64,000 bases of DNA from a virus. The position numbers were made by a program, and so were the translations under genes. The stretch is from the IMG/VR virus record IMGVR_UViG_3300024264_002047, one strand, 5' to 3'. Below the pieces are notes generated by a model, which had not been told where the DNA came from, did no database searches, and saw nothing but the letters and a program-made list of their open reading frames with translations. Below are positions 56,620 to 64,000 of this stretch, in pieces (the stretch's first letter is position 1; each line of letters begins with the position of its first letter).

Positions 56620-57232
56620 CTTCTTCCCAGCTTCCCATTGTTCTTGCTCTTGCATAATCTTCAGGTTCGTAATTCTCAGCGTTATTACGATAGTTTTCCA
56701 TAAGTTCATGGAATAGTCTTTCTGCGTATTCAAAACAGATCATTGCTTCGTCTGCCATATCATCGTGTAATAATGTTCTTACACTTTTAATAAGTTCGGC
56801 TCTATTCTCGAATTCATACATAAGACCCGACCCAGGTACGTTTCTTTTGATGATTTGTCCACCATGAGCATCTCCAAAATGACGCACATATAGATGAGCA
56901 AGAAGACCTTCATTATTTCCTTCCTCCAGCAAAGTTAAGATATGTTTGTTATATTCGTTTGTAGATTCGAAGTTATCTTCTATTTCATCGAGATCAAATG
57001 AGTTCTCAATTTCCTGAAGATCTTCTTCGATTTGTGTAGACCTAAATATTGGTTCAAGCTCCATAGGGACTTCAACGGCAGATTCCAAAACCATGTAGTT
57101 TTGTAGTTGTGCGTGTAAATATTCTTGATATAGTTTAGGACTGATATTTCCGGATAGTAACATCTCTGCGAATTCTGTTCGTTCCGCGTTATCGTGATGT
57201 TGCCTAGTTAGTTCTTTTAGATTGTTTGACAT
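56609..57232 (-). CDS. heme oxygenase
   Basis: LKELTRQHHDNAE (proximal His), LAHLYVRHFGDAHGGQII, EAMICF. Confidence 0.92.
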   Translation of the reverse strand: MSNNLKELTRQHHDNAERTEFAEMLLSGNISPKLYQEYLHAQLQNYMVLESAVEVPMELEPIFRSTQIEEDLQEIENSFDLDEIEDNFESTNEYNKHILTLLEEGNNEGLLAHLYVRHFGDAHGGQIIKRNVPGSGLMYEFENRAELIKSVRTLLHDDMADEAMICFEYAERLFHELMENYRNNAENYEPEDYARARTMGSWEEDDS

Positions 57233-57271
57233 TGTATACCTCTCAAGTTAAATTCATATTGTATCTGCAAC

Positions 57272-57283
57272 TATTTATAAATA
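57272..57283. promoter_or_regulatory. palindromic bidirectional late promoter
   Basis: TATTTATAAATA contains TATAAATA on both strands between divergent operons. Confidence 0.75.
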
Positions 57284-57324
57284 ATTACTGAACACAATTG
57301 TATATATCTCATTAGGAGCAACTC

Positions 57325-58074
57325 ATGAAGCAACCAGTACAATTTTGTGATGTAAAAAGTGAAGCAATTAAAAAAGCAGAAATGGCAAAGATTGCCTACG
57401 AAGATGGACCTATAGCAAAAAAGGAATTTAAAGCCCTTGGTTATACTGGTCACGCCTTCATTGACAAAGACGGTGCACAAGCTCATTGTGTATGGAACAA
57501 AGAGGAATTTGTTTTATGCTGCCGTGGAACAGAACCTACCGAAATCAACGACCTCAAAGCAGACCTTAATATTTGGCCAGATAAAGCACAGGTTGGTGGA
57601 TGGGTACATAATGGATTCCAAACAGAAATCGATGATATCTGGGAAGACGTATTAAAAGTAATCGGTAAACAACTCAAAACCAAAAGATTAAGTATATGTG
57701 GACATTCATTGGGTGGAGCAATGGCAACAATTGCTGGGTCTCGATTAATGGATCACAAACCAGTTCTATATACTTTTGGATCACCAAGAGTCGGTAACGG
57801 AAAATTTGTAAAAGAATGTGCTGACCTTGAACATTATCGTTTTGTAAATAACAATGACCTCGTAACTGTTATACCACCTTGGTTTATGGGTTACCGTCAT
57901 CATGGCCAAGTTATGTATTTCAACTATAACGGTATAATTAAAAACCTAGCGTGGTGGAGAAAACTAAAAGACAAACTACGCGGTATATTAACATCGTGGA
58001 TCAAATTGAAGCCTTTCGACGGACTTACAGATCACTCAATGGATAACTATACAAAATATACTAAGGATAACTAA
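57325..58074 (+). CDS. class 3 lipase (alpha/beta hydrolase)
   Basis: RGTE, VHNGF, GHSLGGA, YTFGSPRVGN, RFVNNNDLV, DHSM. Confidence 0.92.
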   Translation: MKQPVQFCDVKSEAIKKAEMAKIAYEDGPIAKKEFKALGYTGHAFIDKDGAQAHCVWNKEEFVLCCRGTEPTEINDLKADLNIWPDKAQVGGWVHNGFQTEIDDIWEDVLKVIGKQLKTKRLSICGHSLGGAMATIAGSRLMDHKPVLYTFGSPRVGNGKFVKECADLEHYRFVNNNDLVTVIPPWFMGYRHHGQVMYFNYNGIIKNLAWWRKLKDKLRGILTSWIKLKPFDGLTDHSMDNYTKYTKDN

Positions 58075-58445
58075 TGGACATTTTAGAGAGACTATTCGAC
58101 GATACTCTATGGATCTATACAGCAATCCTTGGCTCAATTGGTGGTGCCGCTTTTCTATTTTGGTTTAAAGATACAAGAGCAGCTCAATGGGGTGTAGCAA
58201 AATTTGACCTTCTTTTGGAAACATTAGCAGTACGATGGGGTTGGACATGGTTACAAACTGATCCTGATCTATGGAGAAAGAAATACCCTAAGGTTGTTGC
58301 TAAGATTGATGAATTAGAAACAAGAATCGCGTTTATGGAAGAGATTGCTCACGCTCCTGTTGAACCAGGTGGAGCAACTGAACTTAAATCACTTATCGAT
58401 GATATCAATAAAAGACTTGATAAAATCGAAAAGAAGAAGAAGTGA
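58074..58445 (+). CDS. hypothetical membrane protein
   Basis: N-terminal TM helix, C-terminal coiled coil. Confidence 0.6.
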   Translation: MDILERLFDDTLWIYTAILGSIGGAAFLFWFKDTRAAQWGVAKFDLLLETLAVRWGWTWLQTDPDLWRKKYPKVVAKIDELETRIAFMEEIAHAPVEPGGATELKSLIDDINKRLDKIEKKKK

Positions 58446-58759
58446 TTGGCTTAACTGATGCAGCGATATCTCAAGCGTCTAAGAAAGCAACGGCAGAAGG
58501 CAAGCAATTTATTCGAGTTGGTGTTGTTCCTGGCGGTTGTACTGGGTTTGAGTATTTGTTTCAGTGGGCTGACGAAATTAGTAATGATGATTTTATAGAA
58601 GCATACGGTAATTTTAAAATAGTTGTTGATGCATATAGTAAACCCTATTTAACAGAAGCTACATTAGATTTTGTTAAAGAAGGACTTAACGAACAGTTCA
58701 AGATAATGAATCCTGCAGAGAAAGCCTCTTGCGGTTGTGGAATTTCTGTTCAATTTTAA
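58442..58759 (+). CDS. iscA: A-type Fe-S carrier IscA/HesB
   Basis: GGCTGFEY, LDF, NP...SCGCG.S. Confidence 0.92.
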   Translation: MIGLTDAAISQASKKATAEGKQFIRVGVVPGGCTGFEYLFQWADEISNDDFIEAYGNFKIVVDAYSKPYLTEATLDFVKEGLNEQFKIMNPAEKASCGCGISVQF

Positions 58760-58770
58760 AGGAGAGAGTT

Positions 58771-58926
58771 ATGAATTGGTTAAAAGATAGATTAAAAGAA
58801 AGAACTTCATTAGATGGCGCCGTTGCTATCGGTGGTGGAATTGTAATGATTCTAATACCAACAAGCTTAATTGGTTGGGGTCTTATTGCGTACGGTGCAT
58901 GGACTATATGGAAGAAGGAAGACTAA
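58771..58926 (+). CDS. small two-TM membrane protein (holin-like)
   Basis: MNWLKDRLKERTSLDG, two hydrophobic segments, charged C-terminus; GGAGAG RBS. Confidence 0.55.
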   Translation: MNWLKDRLKERTSLDGAVAIGGGIVMILIPTSLIGWGLIAYGAWTIWKKED

Positions 58927-59246
58927 TGAGCGAAGAAATTAAAAATCAACCACATCCTGCTGATACGAATGGAGACGGAAAAGTTTCCAAAGAAGAGCAT
59001 GATATGTATTTAGAATTTAAAAGAAAAGAACTTGATGACCAAGACGCCATGCGAGATGCACAGCGTAAGATGACATGGTTTGCTTTAGGTGGATTATTGT
59101 TATATCCATTTGCAGTAGTACTTGCATCTTTAGTTGGTCTTGATGAAGCTCAAAAGACTTTAGGCAGTATGGCACCAACATACTTTGTTGCTGTTGCCGG
59201 TATTGTCGCCGCGTTCTTTGGAGCTCAGGCTTACGCTAAGAAATAA
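58926..59246 (+). CDS. two-TM membrane protein with EF-hand-like loop
   Basis: DTNGDGKVSKEE, then two TM helices. Confidence 0.6.
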   Translation: MSEEIKNQPHPADTNGDGKVSKEEHDMYLEFKRKELDDQDAMRDAQRKMTWFALGGLLLYPFAVVLASLVGLDEAQKTLGSMAPTYFVAVAGIVAAFFGAQAYAKK

Positions 59247-59253
59247 AAGAGAC

Positions 59254-59285
59254 AAAAAAGGGGACCGAAAGGTCCCCGATTTGTT
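59254..59285. terminator. bidirectional intrinsic terminator
   Basis: A6-GGGGACC-GAAA-GGTCCCC-GATTTGTTT between convergent genes. Confidence 0.88.
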
Positions 59286-59294
59286 TGGTTATAA

Positions 59295-59918
59295 TTACAG
59301 ACTTGCGCTTACGCTAAAGGCATAGTAATTACTGTCAGCCACTAAATCTTGACCAACATTAAAACCTACAGAGAACTTATCATTTAGTTCCTTTGTTAAT
59401 CTAAGACTAACTGAGTCTTGGAATTTTCCGAATACTTCCGTACCTTCTCCACCAATCTCATAGCCAATTAGTTCAACGTCTACAACAGTAATAAATGGTA
59501 CTGCGTAGATTGCTTCGACTGTATATACATCTGAATCAAGCGTATCATAATAGTTTACTGTGAAACCATTACTACTAAATCCAACTAAATACTCTTCGAA
59601 ATCAAAAGCATCGCCTTGATAGTCGTATTTAATATAACCAACAGTTACATCAAGTACTCCGTCTACAAGAGCTCCACTCCACCCTGCATATAGATCCACT
59701 TCACGGTCAACTTCTCCACCGAAATCTACATCTGATGTCCATGCACCAATATAAAATCCTTTGTCGTCGTTGTAGTCGATTCCGACTTGAAGGGCATTCT
59801 CTGCGCCTTGAGTCATTCCTCTCCATACGTAATCGTTTGTGATAGTGGCTGAACCACTGAGGTCTGCGAATGCAGTTGTTGATAGCATTAATAGAAATGC
59901 TGCGAATATGTTTTTCAT
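59295..59918 (-). CDS. outer-membrane beta-barrel, TorF/TIGR02001-like
   Basis: Signal peptide; NDYVWRGMTQ, QVGIDY, GFYIGAW.S.VDF, EVDLYAG. Confidence 0.85.
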   Translation of the reverse strand: MKNIFAAFLLMLSTTAFADLSGSATITNDYVWRGMTQGAENALQVGIDYNDDKGFYIGAWTSDVDFGGEVDREVDLYAGWSGALVDGVLDVTVGYIKYDYQGDAFDFEEYLVGFSSNGFTVNYYDTLDSDVYTVEAIYAVPFITVVDVELIGYEIGGEGTEVFGKFQDSVSLRLTKELNDKFSVGFNVGQDLVADSNYYAFSVSASL

Positions 59919-60005
59919 AATATAATTCTCCTTATTATTAACATAGTAAATTAGATCGCCACCATTGGCAATCCTCATATTAGTCGTTTCCGACCAAATT
60001 CTTTA

Positions 60006-60266
60006 TTACTCTACGGAGTGTAGAGTTTCAGTTGTGACGGTATCGTTATAATCACCATCACTGAAATGCCGAACGGCTGTTTCTTTATATAAGAATCCAT
60101 TGTGTACTCGATAGGAAATAACTTCCTTACGAAATACTCCATCCATTTTATCTAGTGATGCCCTGAACGGACCTTCGTTTAAACCATTGTAAGGTTTGTT
60201 TGCTCTGTCTAACATAAACTTTTTTGAATGAGTTAGTGTCTCAACGTTACTTCCTTTGTAATCCAT
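60006..60266 (-). CDS. hypothetical protein
   Basis: AAGGA RBS; ORF in operon. Confidence 0.6.
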   Translation of the reverse strand: MDYKGSNVETLTHSKKFMLDRANKPYNGLNEGPFRASLDKMDGVFRKEVISYRVHNGFLYKETAVRHFSDGDYNDTVTTETLHSVE

Positions 60267-60276
60267 AATATAATCC

Positions 60277-61353
60277 TTAAAACTTAATGATTCGTTTGCC
60301 TGGGTAGTTAACTAAATGATCAACATCTGGAATATAGCCTTCAGGCCATACTATATCCCATTCACTTGCTGTGAAAACTTGTTCTTCTGATTCTGCCACT
60401 GTATATACATTAAGCATTGGTAACTTTTCTGAATGCATTTTACCTGCAGCTTCTAATTCATCGTACTTATTTGTTAATACGGTTAACCAAGCTAACCAAC
60501 CAACATCGTGTCCGCTTCTATCTTTTTCTAATTCAACAATACCACCAATTCTTGTATCGTATACATAGGTTGGGTATCTGTCAAATAAATGTCTCATATC
60601 TAAAGTACCTTCATTATGCAAATGTTTGTACTCAAAATATAATACAGTATCTTCTCCGACTATGAACGTAGGATCAAAACGCATTCCTGTATTTACTGCA
60701 GCTTTTGAAAAGTATACTAAACGGCAATGTACTTCCCAATTATTAATATAATCATAACAATGGTTTGCCCATCGTTGATGTACATCTGCTAATTGCACTG
60801 CGAACCCATCAGTATCCCAAGGGTATATTTTAACCTGTTCACCTGCTCGAGCAGTAACCCACCAATCATGTGGAAACTGAAACGGTCGTATCGTTGTTCC
60901 AGAAATCATTCTTGAATCTGTATTAGATCCTACGACAGGAGTTGGACCAATACCACAATTACGTGGATCGTATCCGTATGAGTTGTGTATACCTATTTGA
61001 TATTCTAATGCGACTACATCAGGAGGAGTTGCCATTGCGGCTATTTGTTTATATGTCCATACACCGTGTCCTGTAAGATAGTCATCTCCATCAACAAGAA
61101 CCATGTAATCGTGGTCGGAAGCAGCAAAATTATCAAAGACAGAATTCTTTCCTGTCGCGGCAGTACCATCACTTACAGTAACATAATGTTCAACACTTTC
61201 AGTTGTACACCAAGATACCGCATCTGTTTCAAAATCAGAATCTAATGTATTAATAATAACAATAAGATCTTCTTTTGGTATGGTTTCTATATGCCTCTTT
61301 AACGCTTCCGTGTTACGACAACATAGTGCATAAAATTTAACAGTCCCAGACAT
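60277..61353 (-). CDS. GT-A glycosyltransferase-like protein
   Basis: GKNSVF, DYMVLVDGDDYLT, GEDT. Confidence 0.6.
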   Translation of the reverse strand: MSGTVKFYALCCRNTEALKRHIETIPKEDLIVIINTLDSDFETDAVSWCTTESVEHYVTVSDGTAATGKNSVFDNFAASDHDYMVLVDGDDYLTGHGVWTYKQIAAMATPPDVVALEYQIGIHNSYGYDPRNCGIGPTPVVGSNTDSRMISGTTIRPFQFPHDWWVTARAGEQVKIYPWDTDGFAVQLADVHQRWANHCYDYINNWEVHCRLVYFSKAAVNTGMRFDPTFIVGEDTVLYFEYKHLHNEGTLDMRHLFDRYPTYVYDTRIGGIVELEKDRSGHDVGWLAWLTVLTNKYDELEAAGKMHSEKLPMLNVYTVAESEEQVFTASEWDIVWPEGYIPDVDHLVNYPGKRIIKF

Positions 61354-61354
61354 A

Positions 61355-61888
61355 TTAATCAATAGGCTCCGAAGGCCATACTACACTTAAAGGAAATCCT
61401 TCTTGATCTGTAATATCCCTTAATGCTTGACGATAAGTTTGCATTGCCGTACTTAGTACTCTATCAGATAACGCATGCATATCAGTGTGATGTAATAAGT
61501 CATCTCTCTGACCTCTTACGTTGTTACCAACTGTGTCTGCGGGTAAAGGAGCTACGACATATGTATAAGCAATATTATCGCCTGTGACTGTTTTTACAAT
61601 CTGACAATCTTCGACCATAGGATCGTATTCAGGAAATGCTTCTACTGTAATATTACCAATAACACCTGTGTCGCTTTCCAATACAACTGGCTCTGCTTCT
61701 GCTTGTGCTGTCCACCAGGCAATTGCTTGTTGAGCTTCTTCTGCAGCTTCTGCGTGTAAAGCCGCTTCATCGAAATCATCATCACCTAAAATAGTCTGAA
61801 TAAAGAAATCTGTTTCGCCGTCTCTACTATATCGTATTCTTGCCCATCGTTCTGCGATGTTCACGTCTAAAATTTTATATGTTACCAT
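61355..61888 (-). CDS. tail fibre assembly chaperone-like protein
   Basis: VRGQRDDLLHHTD...YRQALRDIT.Q.GFP..VVWP. Confidence 0.8.
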   Translation of the reverse strand: MVTYKILDVNIAERWARIRYSRDGETDFFIQTILGDDDFDEAALHAEAAEEAQQAIAWWTAQAEAEPVVLESDTGVIGNITVEAFPEYDPMVEDCQIVKTVTGDNIAYTYVVAPLPADTVGNNVRGQRDDLLHHTDMHALSDRVLSTAMQTYRQALRDITDQEGFPLSVVWPSEPID

Positions 61889-61899
61889 TTTTATATTTC

Positions 61900-62607
61900 C
61901 TATCTAAATCTTACGAAGAAATCCCTTCCATACAAATATGAAAAAGTTAATCCGTTTCCAATTACTCCAAGAGTACCATTAGATTGGTTGGACTGATATG
62001 TATATGACCAATGATAGTAACTTCTTCGAGTTGGGTTGTAACTACCTGGGCTATTCTGTCTTTTGAATCCCCTGTAGTATCCGCCGCCACTTAATCCTGA
62101 GTTGCTTGCTCTACGAATCGTTCGTGTTGTGTACGGCCCATTATTATATGTTGGCACTTTGAAATCACAAAATGTCCAACCGCTATTTGAGCTGCTCTGA
62201 TGAGAGATCGTTATATGCCTGTGACCATTACCATAAGCAAAGTAATGAATACCGCCAAGGTTGGCAGTAGTTGACATATAGTTTCTTCGAGTTGCGAATC
62301 CATGCGCAGAAGAAGACGATCCTGTCTCAGCGTGCCACTCATCCGCTCCATTTGTTACGGCCCATCCTATCCTTCGATAATTATAACCGCTGGTGTAGCT
62401 TGTTGAACTAAGACCAGAACGCATTCTTGCAGTTCTTCGACTTGTACCCCAATAATCATTCCACTCCATATTGCTTTGAGTGGTCTTAACAGTTCCTTGA
62501 TACGGATCCGTGTTGTCCGCGGTAAAGTTAACGATGCTATTCCCGATGCCAGGAAATTCGCTTCGCATACTGTTGAAGTCAATTTGTCCGCTGCTCGCTA
62601 ATGTCAT
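61900..62607 (-). CDS. probable virion/tail-tip protein
   Basis: MTLASSGQIDFNSMRSEF N-terminus; Gly/Ser/Tyr-rich; next to chaperone. Confidence 0.55.
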   Translation of the reverse strand: MTLASSGQIDFNSMRSEFPGIGNSIVNFTADNTDPYQGTVKTTQSNMEWNDYWGTSRRTARMRSGLSSTSYTSGYNYRRIGWAVTNGADEWHAETGSSSSAHGFATRRNYMSTTANLGGIHYFAYGNGHRHITISHQSSSNSGWTFCDFKVPTYNNGPYTTRTIRRASNSGLSGGGYYRGFKRQNSPGSYNPTRRSYYHWSYTYQSNQSNGTLGVIGNGLTFSYLYGRDFFVRFR

Positions 62608-62633
62608 TTAATATATCCTCTTTGATATATTTA

Positions 62634-62846
62634 TCAGTCTACTAATAATTGAATCGCGCCGGTTTCCCAGTCTTCAACTAAAGCAACTGCTGCAGCTCTA
62701 CTTTGACCAATTTCACGTGTTTCAACACACTGGCCGTCTTGTAATAGATCTACCACAAACATTGAATCTGGCCCATTACTTCCTGATTCGTTTTCACCAA
62801 TGATAGCCGCCTTACGAATGCGTGCCATTCTTCCTTTATTATTCAT
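62634..62846 (-). CDS. hypothetical protein
   Basis: ORF in operon. Confidence 0.5.
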   Translation of the reverse strand: MNNKGRMARIRKAAIIGENESGSNGPDSMFVVDLLQDGQCVETREIGQSRAAAVALVEDWETGAIQLLVD

Positions 62847-63042
62847 CTTCGACCTCCAGATCGCTTTCTCTAATTATTACACCATGGTCAGTATAACCAA
62901 TGATTTCATCTCTTGCCATATCGCCTATAACGTATATAACACCAACAGCCATACTTATTGCGAATACGAGGCCAATACCGATTAAGGCTTTCATTGACCA
63001 CCATTCGAGTTTCTCTAAGAATTGCTCTAAGTAGTTTAACAT
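62839..63042 (-). CDS. hypothetical membrane protein
   Basis: Single TM helix. Confidence 0.5.
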   Translation of the reverse strand: MLNYLEQFLEKLEWWSMKALIGIGLVFAISMAVGVIYVIGDMARDEIIGYTDHGVIIRESDLEVEDE

Positions 63043-63245
63043 TATGATTCCAACGCAGGAATTTCAACATTTCTTCGAATCAATTCGTTGCGTATCTTTT
63101 GTCTGAGTTTAGGAGCTGTACTACCCCTCGTAAATGTATCAAGTAATTCCTTTAACGCAGTTGCGTTCATATGAAACCTTTGAACATGTTTCTTACCTGT
63201 AGCCTTATCTCTGACTACTTGATTTTCTTTAAATTTAATTGGCAT
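63042..63245 (-). CDS. hypothetical protein
   Basis: MPIKFKEN...KIRNELIRR. Confidence 0.55.
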   Translation of the reverse strand: MPIKFKENQVVRDKATGKKHVQRFHMNATALKELLDTFTRGSTAPKLRQKIRNELIRRNVEIPALES

Positions 63246-63528
63246 GATCCAATTTCTCCATTGCTTGTACTATTCTATCAACTTCAGGATCGTTAACGTG
63301 TCCGTAGATACCAACGTCTCCAGAGAAAGAATATTCATTCATAAAATCTAATTCCACAGGTGGCTCACAAAAGTCATGAGTGTCCCTGTCCATAAATGCG
63401 ATTTCCCACAAGCCTTTTTTCCAACCGTAAGAACCTGTAAACTTAACCGCTGATAATATATAATCATCAAAGTCAAATTGGATTCTTTGCCCATCATGCC
63501 ATTGTTCTCTTTCAGGCCACTTAGCCAT
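63235..63528 (-). CDS. hypothetical protein
   Basis: SYGWKKGLWEIA. Confidence 0.55.
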   Translation of the reverse strand: MAKWPEREQWHDGQRIQFDFDDYILSAVKFTGSYGWKKGLWEIAFMDRDTHDFCEPPVELDFMNEYSFSGDVGIYGHVNDPEVDRIVQAMEKLDHAN

Positions 63529-63793
63529 TAGCTTGATATCCTATTTCCCAATTTGTTACTGTTTCGAGCCTAAACGATCTCCAAGCTTCCTTGTCAATTG
63601 CCCAAGCTGCGATATGGTCTGAATCAGCATCGATAGTCTTGACGGTTGCGGCAATACCGTTGTCCTTCAAAATTTCTTCGCTGATTGTACATGGCATTAC
63701 TCGTGTACCACCATCATTAATCTTTTCAAACGTAACTGTTACTACACCTTCTTTAAGTGCTTTAACAAGATTCGCTGTTTCATTCTTATCCAT
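63521..63793 (-). CDS. SH3-fold WYL_2/DUF2693-like protein
   Basis: LKEGVVTVTFEKIN.G.TR.MPCT...AWRSFR. Confidence 0.7.
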   Translation of the reverse strand: MDKNETANLVKALKEGVVTVTFEKINDGGTRVMPCTISEEILKDNGIAATVKTIDADSDHIAAWAIDKEAWRSFRLETVTNWEIGYQANG

Positions 63794-63824
63794 AATATAT
63801 ATCCATTTGTGTTTGATTTTGTCT

Positions 63825-63853
63825 ATTATAACAAACTTTTTAGAGAATGTCAA
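63825..63853 (-). promoter_or_regulatory. sigma70-type promoter
   Basis: TTGACA-17-TATAAT. Confidence 0.85.
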
Positions 63854-63862
63854 TAGTTAATG

Positions 63863-63939
63863 TGGCGCGGCTGATAGGAGTCGAACCTATGACCTTCGGT
63901 TTCGTAGACCGATATTCTATCCAGCTGAACTACAGCCGC
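63863..63939 (-). tRNA. tRNA-Arg(ACG) with encoded CCA
   Basis: GCGGCTG/CAGCCGC acceptor stem, TCGGT-CT-ACG-AA-ACCGA anticodon arm, GGTTCGACTCC T-arm. Confidence 0.95.
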
Positions 63940-64000
63940 GAGCCTTATCCAACCAACCATGCAATTAATTGAAACTTTTGCATGAGTGGTCCGAATTCTT

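Noticed and set aside
678-63860. Many 60-190 aa ORFs in the track antisense to or nested in clear genes (e.g. 3867, 12751, 24175, 38650, 51891)
   Set aside because: Shadow frames without RBS or motifs, overlapping better-supported genes
1-64000. Stop-codon reassignment
   Set aside because: Core genes are full length in the standard code and all three stops are used
63941-64000. Second tRNA or RNA at the window end (CATGCAA/TTGCATG hairpin)
   Set aside because: No cloverleaf visible; truncated by the window edge

Overview
AT-rich 64 kb segment of a large T4-like (Tevenvirinae-type) myophage genome, most likely marine and infecting a proteobacterium; almost all genes are on the minus strand. 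T4-like core genes recognised from their motifs: gp41 helicase, UvsX, gp32, gp59, gp33, gp61 primase, DNA ligase, RNase H, dNMP kinase, NrdA/NrdB, ThyX, PhoH, GroES, lysozyme and spanins. There are many near-perfect TTGACA-17-TATAAT early promoters, TATAAATA late promoters and a tRNA-Arg. Accessory content is unusually rich: a CHASE2-type adenylate cyclase, a RelA/SpoT-type HD hydrolase, ribosomal protein bS21, a RimK-protease fusion, GlyA, ALA synthase, heme oxygenase, a bilin reductase, IscU/IscA, a porin, a lipase and several glycosyltransferases. The most notable patterns are: (1) a late operon of proteins with T4-like capsid-targeting N-termini whose bodies look like a ligase-type nucleotidyltransferase, a PNK-type kinase and a nuclease; (2) a glycine-to-ALA and heme-to-bilin gene set with Fe-S support; (3) apparently leaderless transcripts for three translation-related genes; (4) a ~165 nt structured RNA candidate next to bS21. 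All calls come from reading motifs by eye; no database searches were run.
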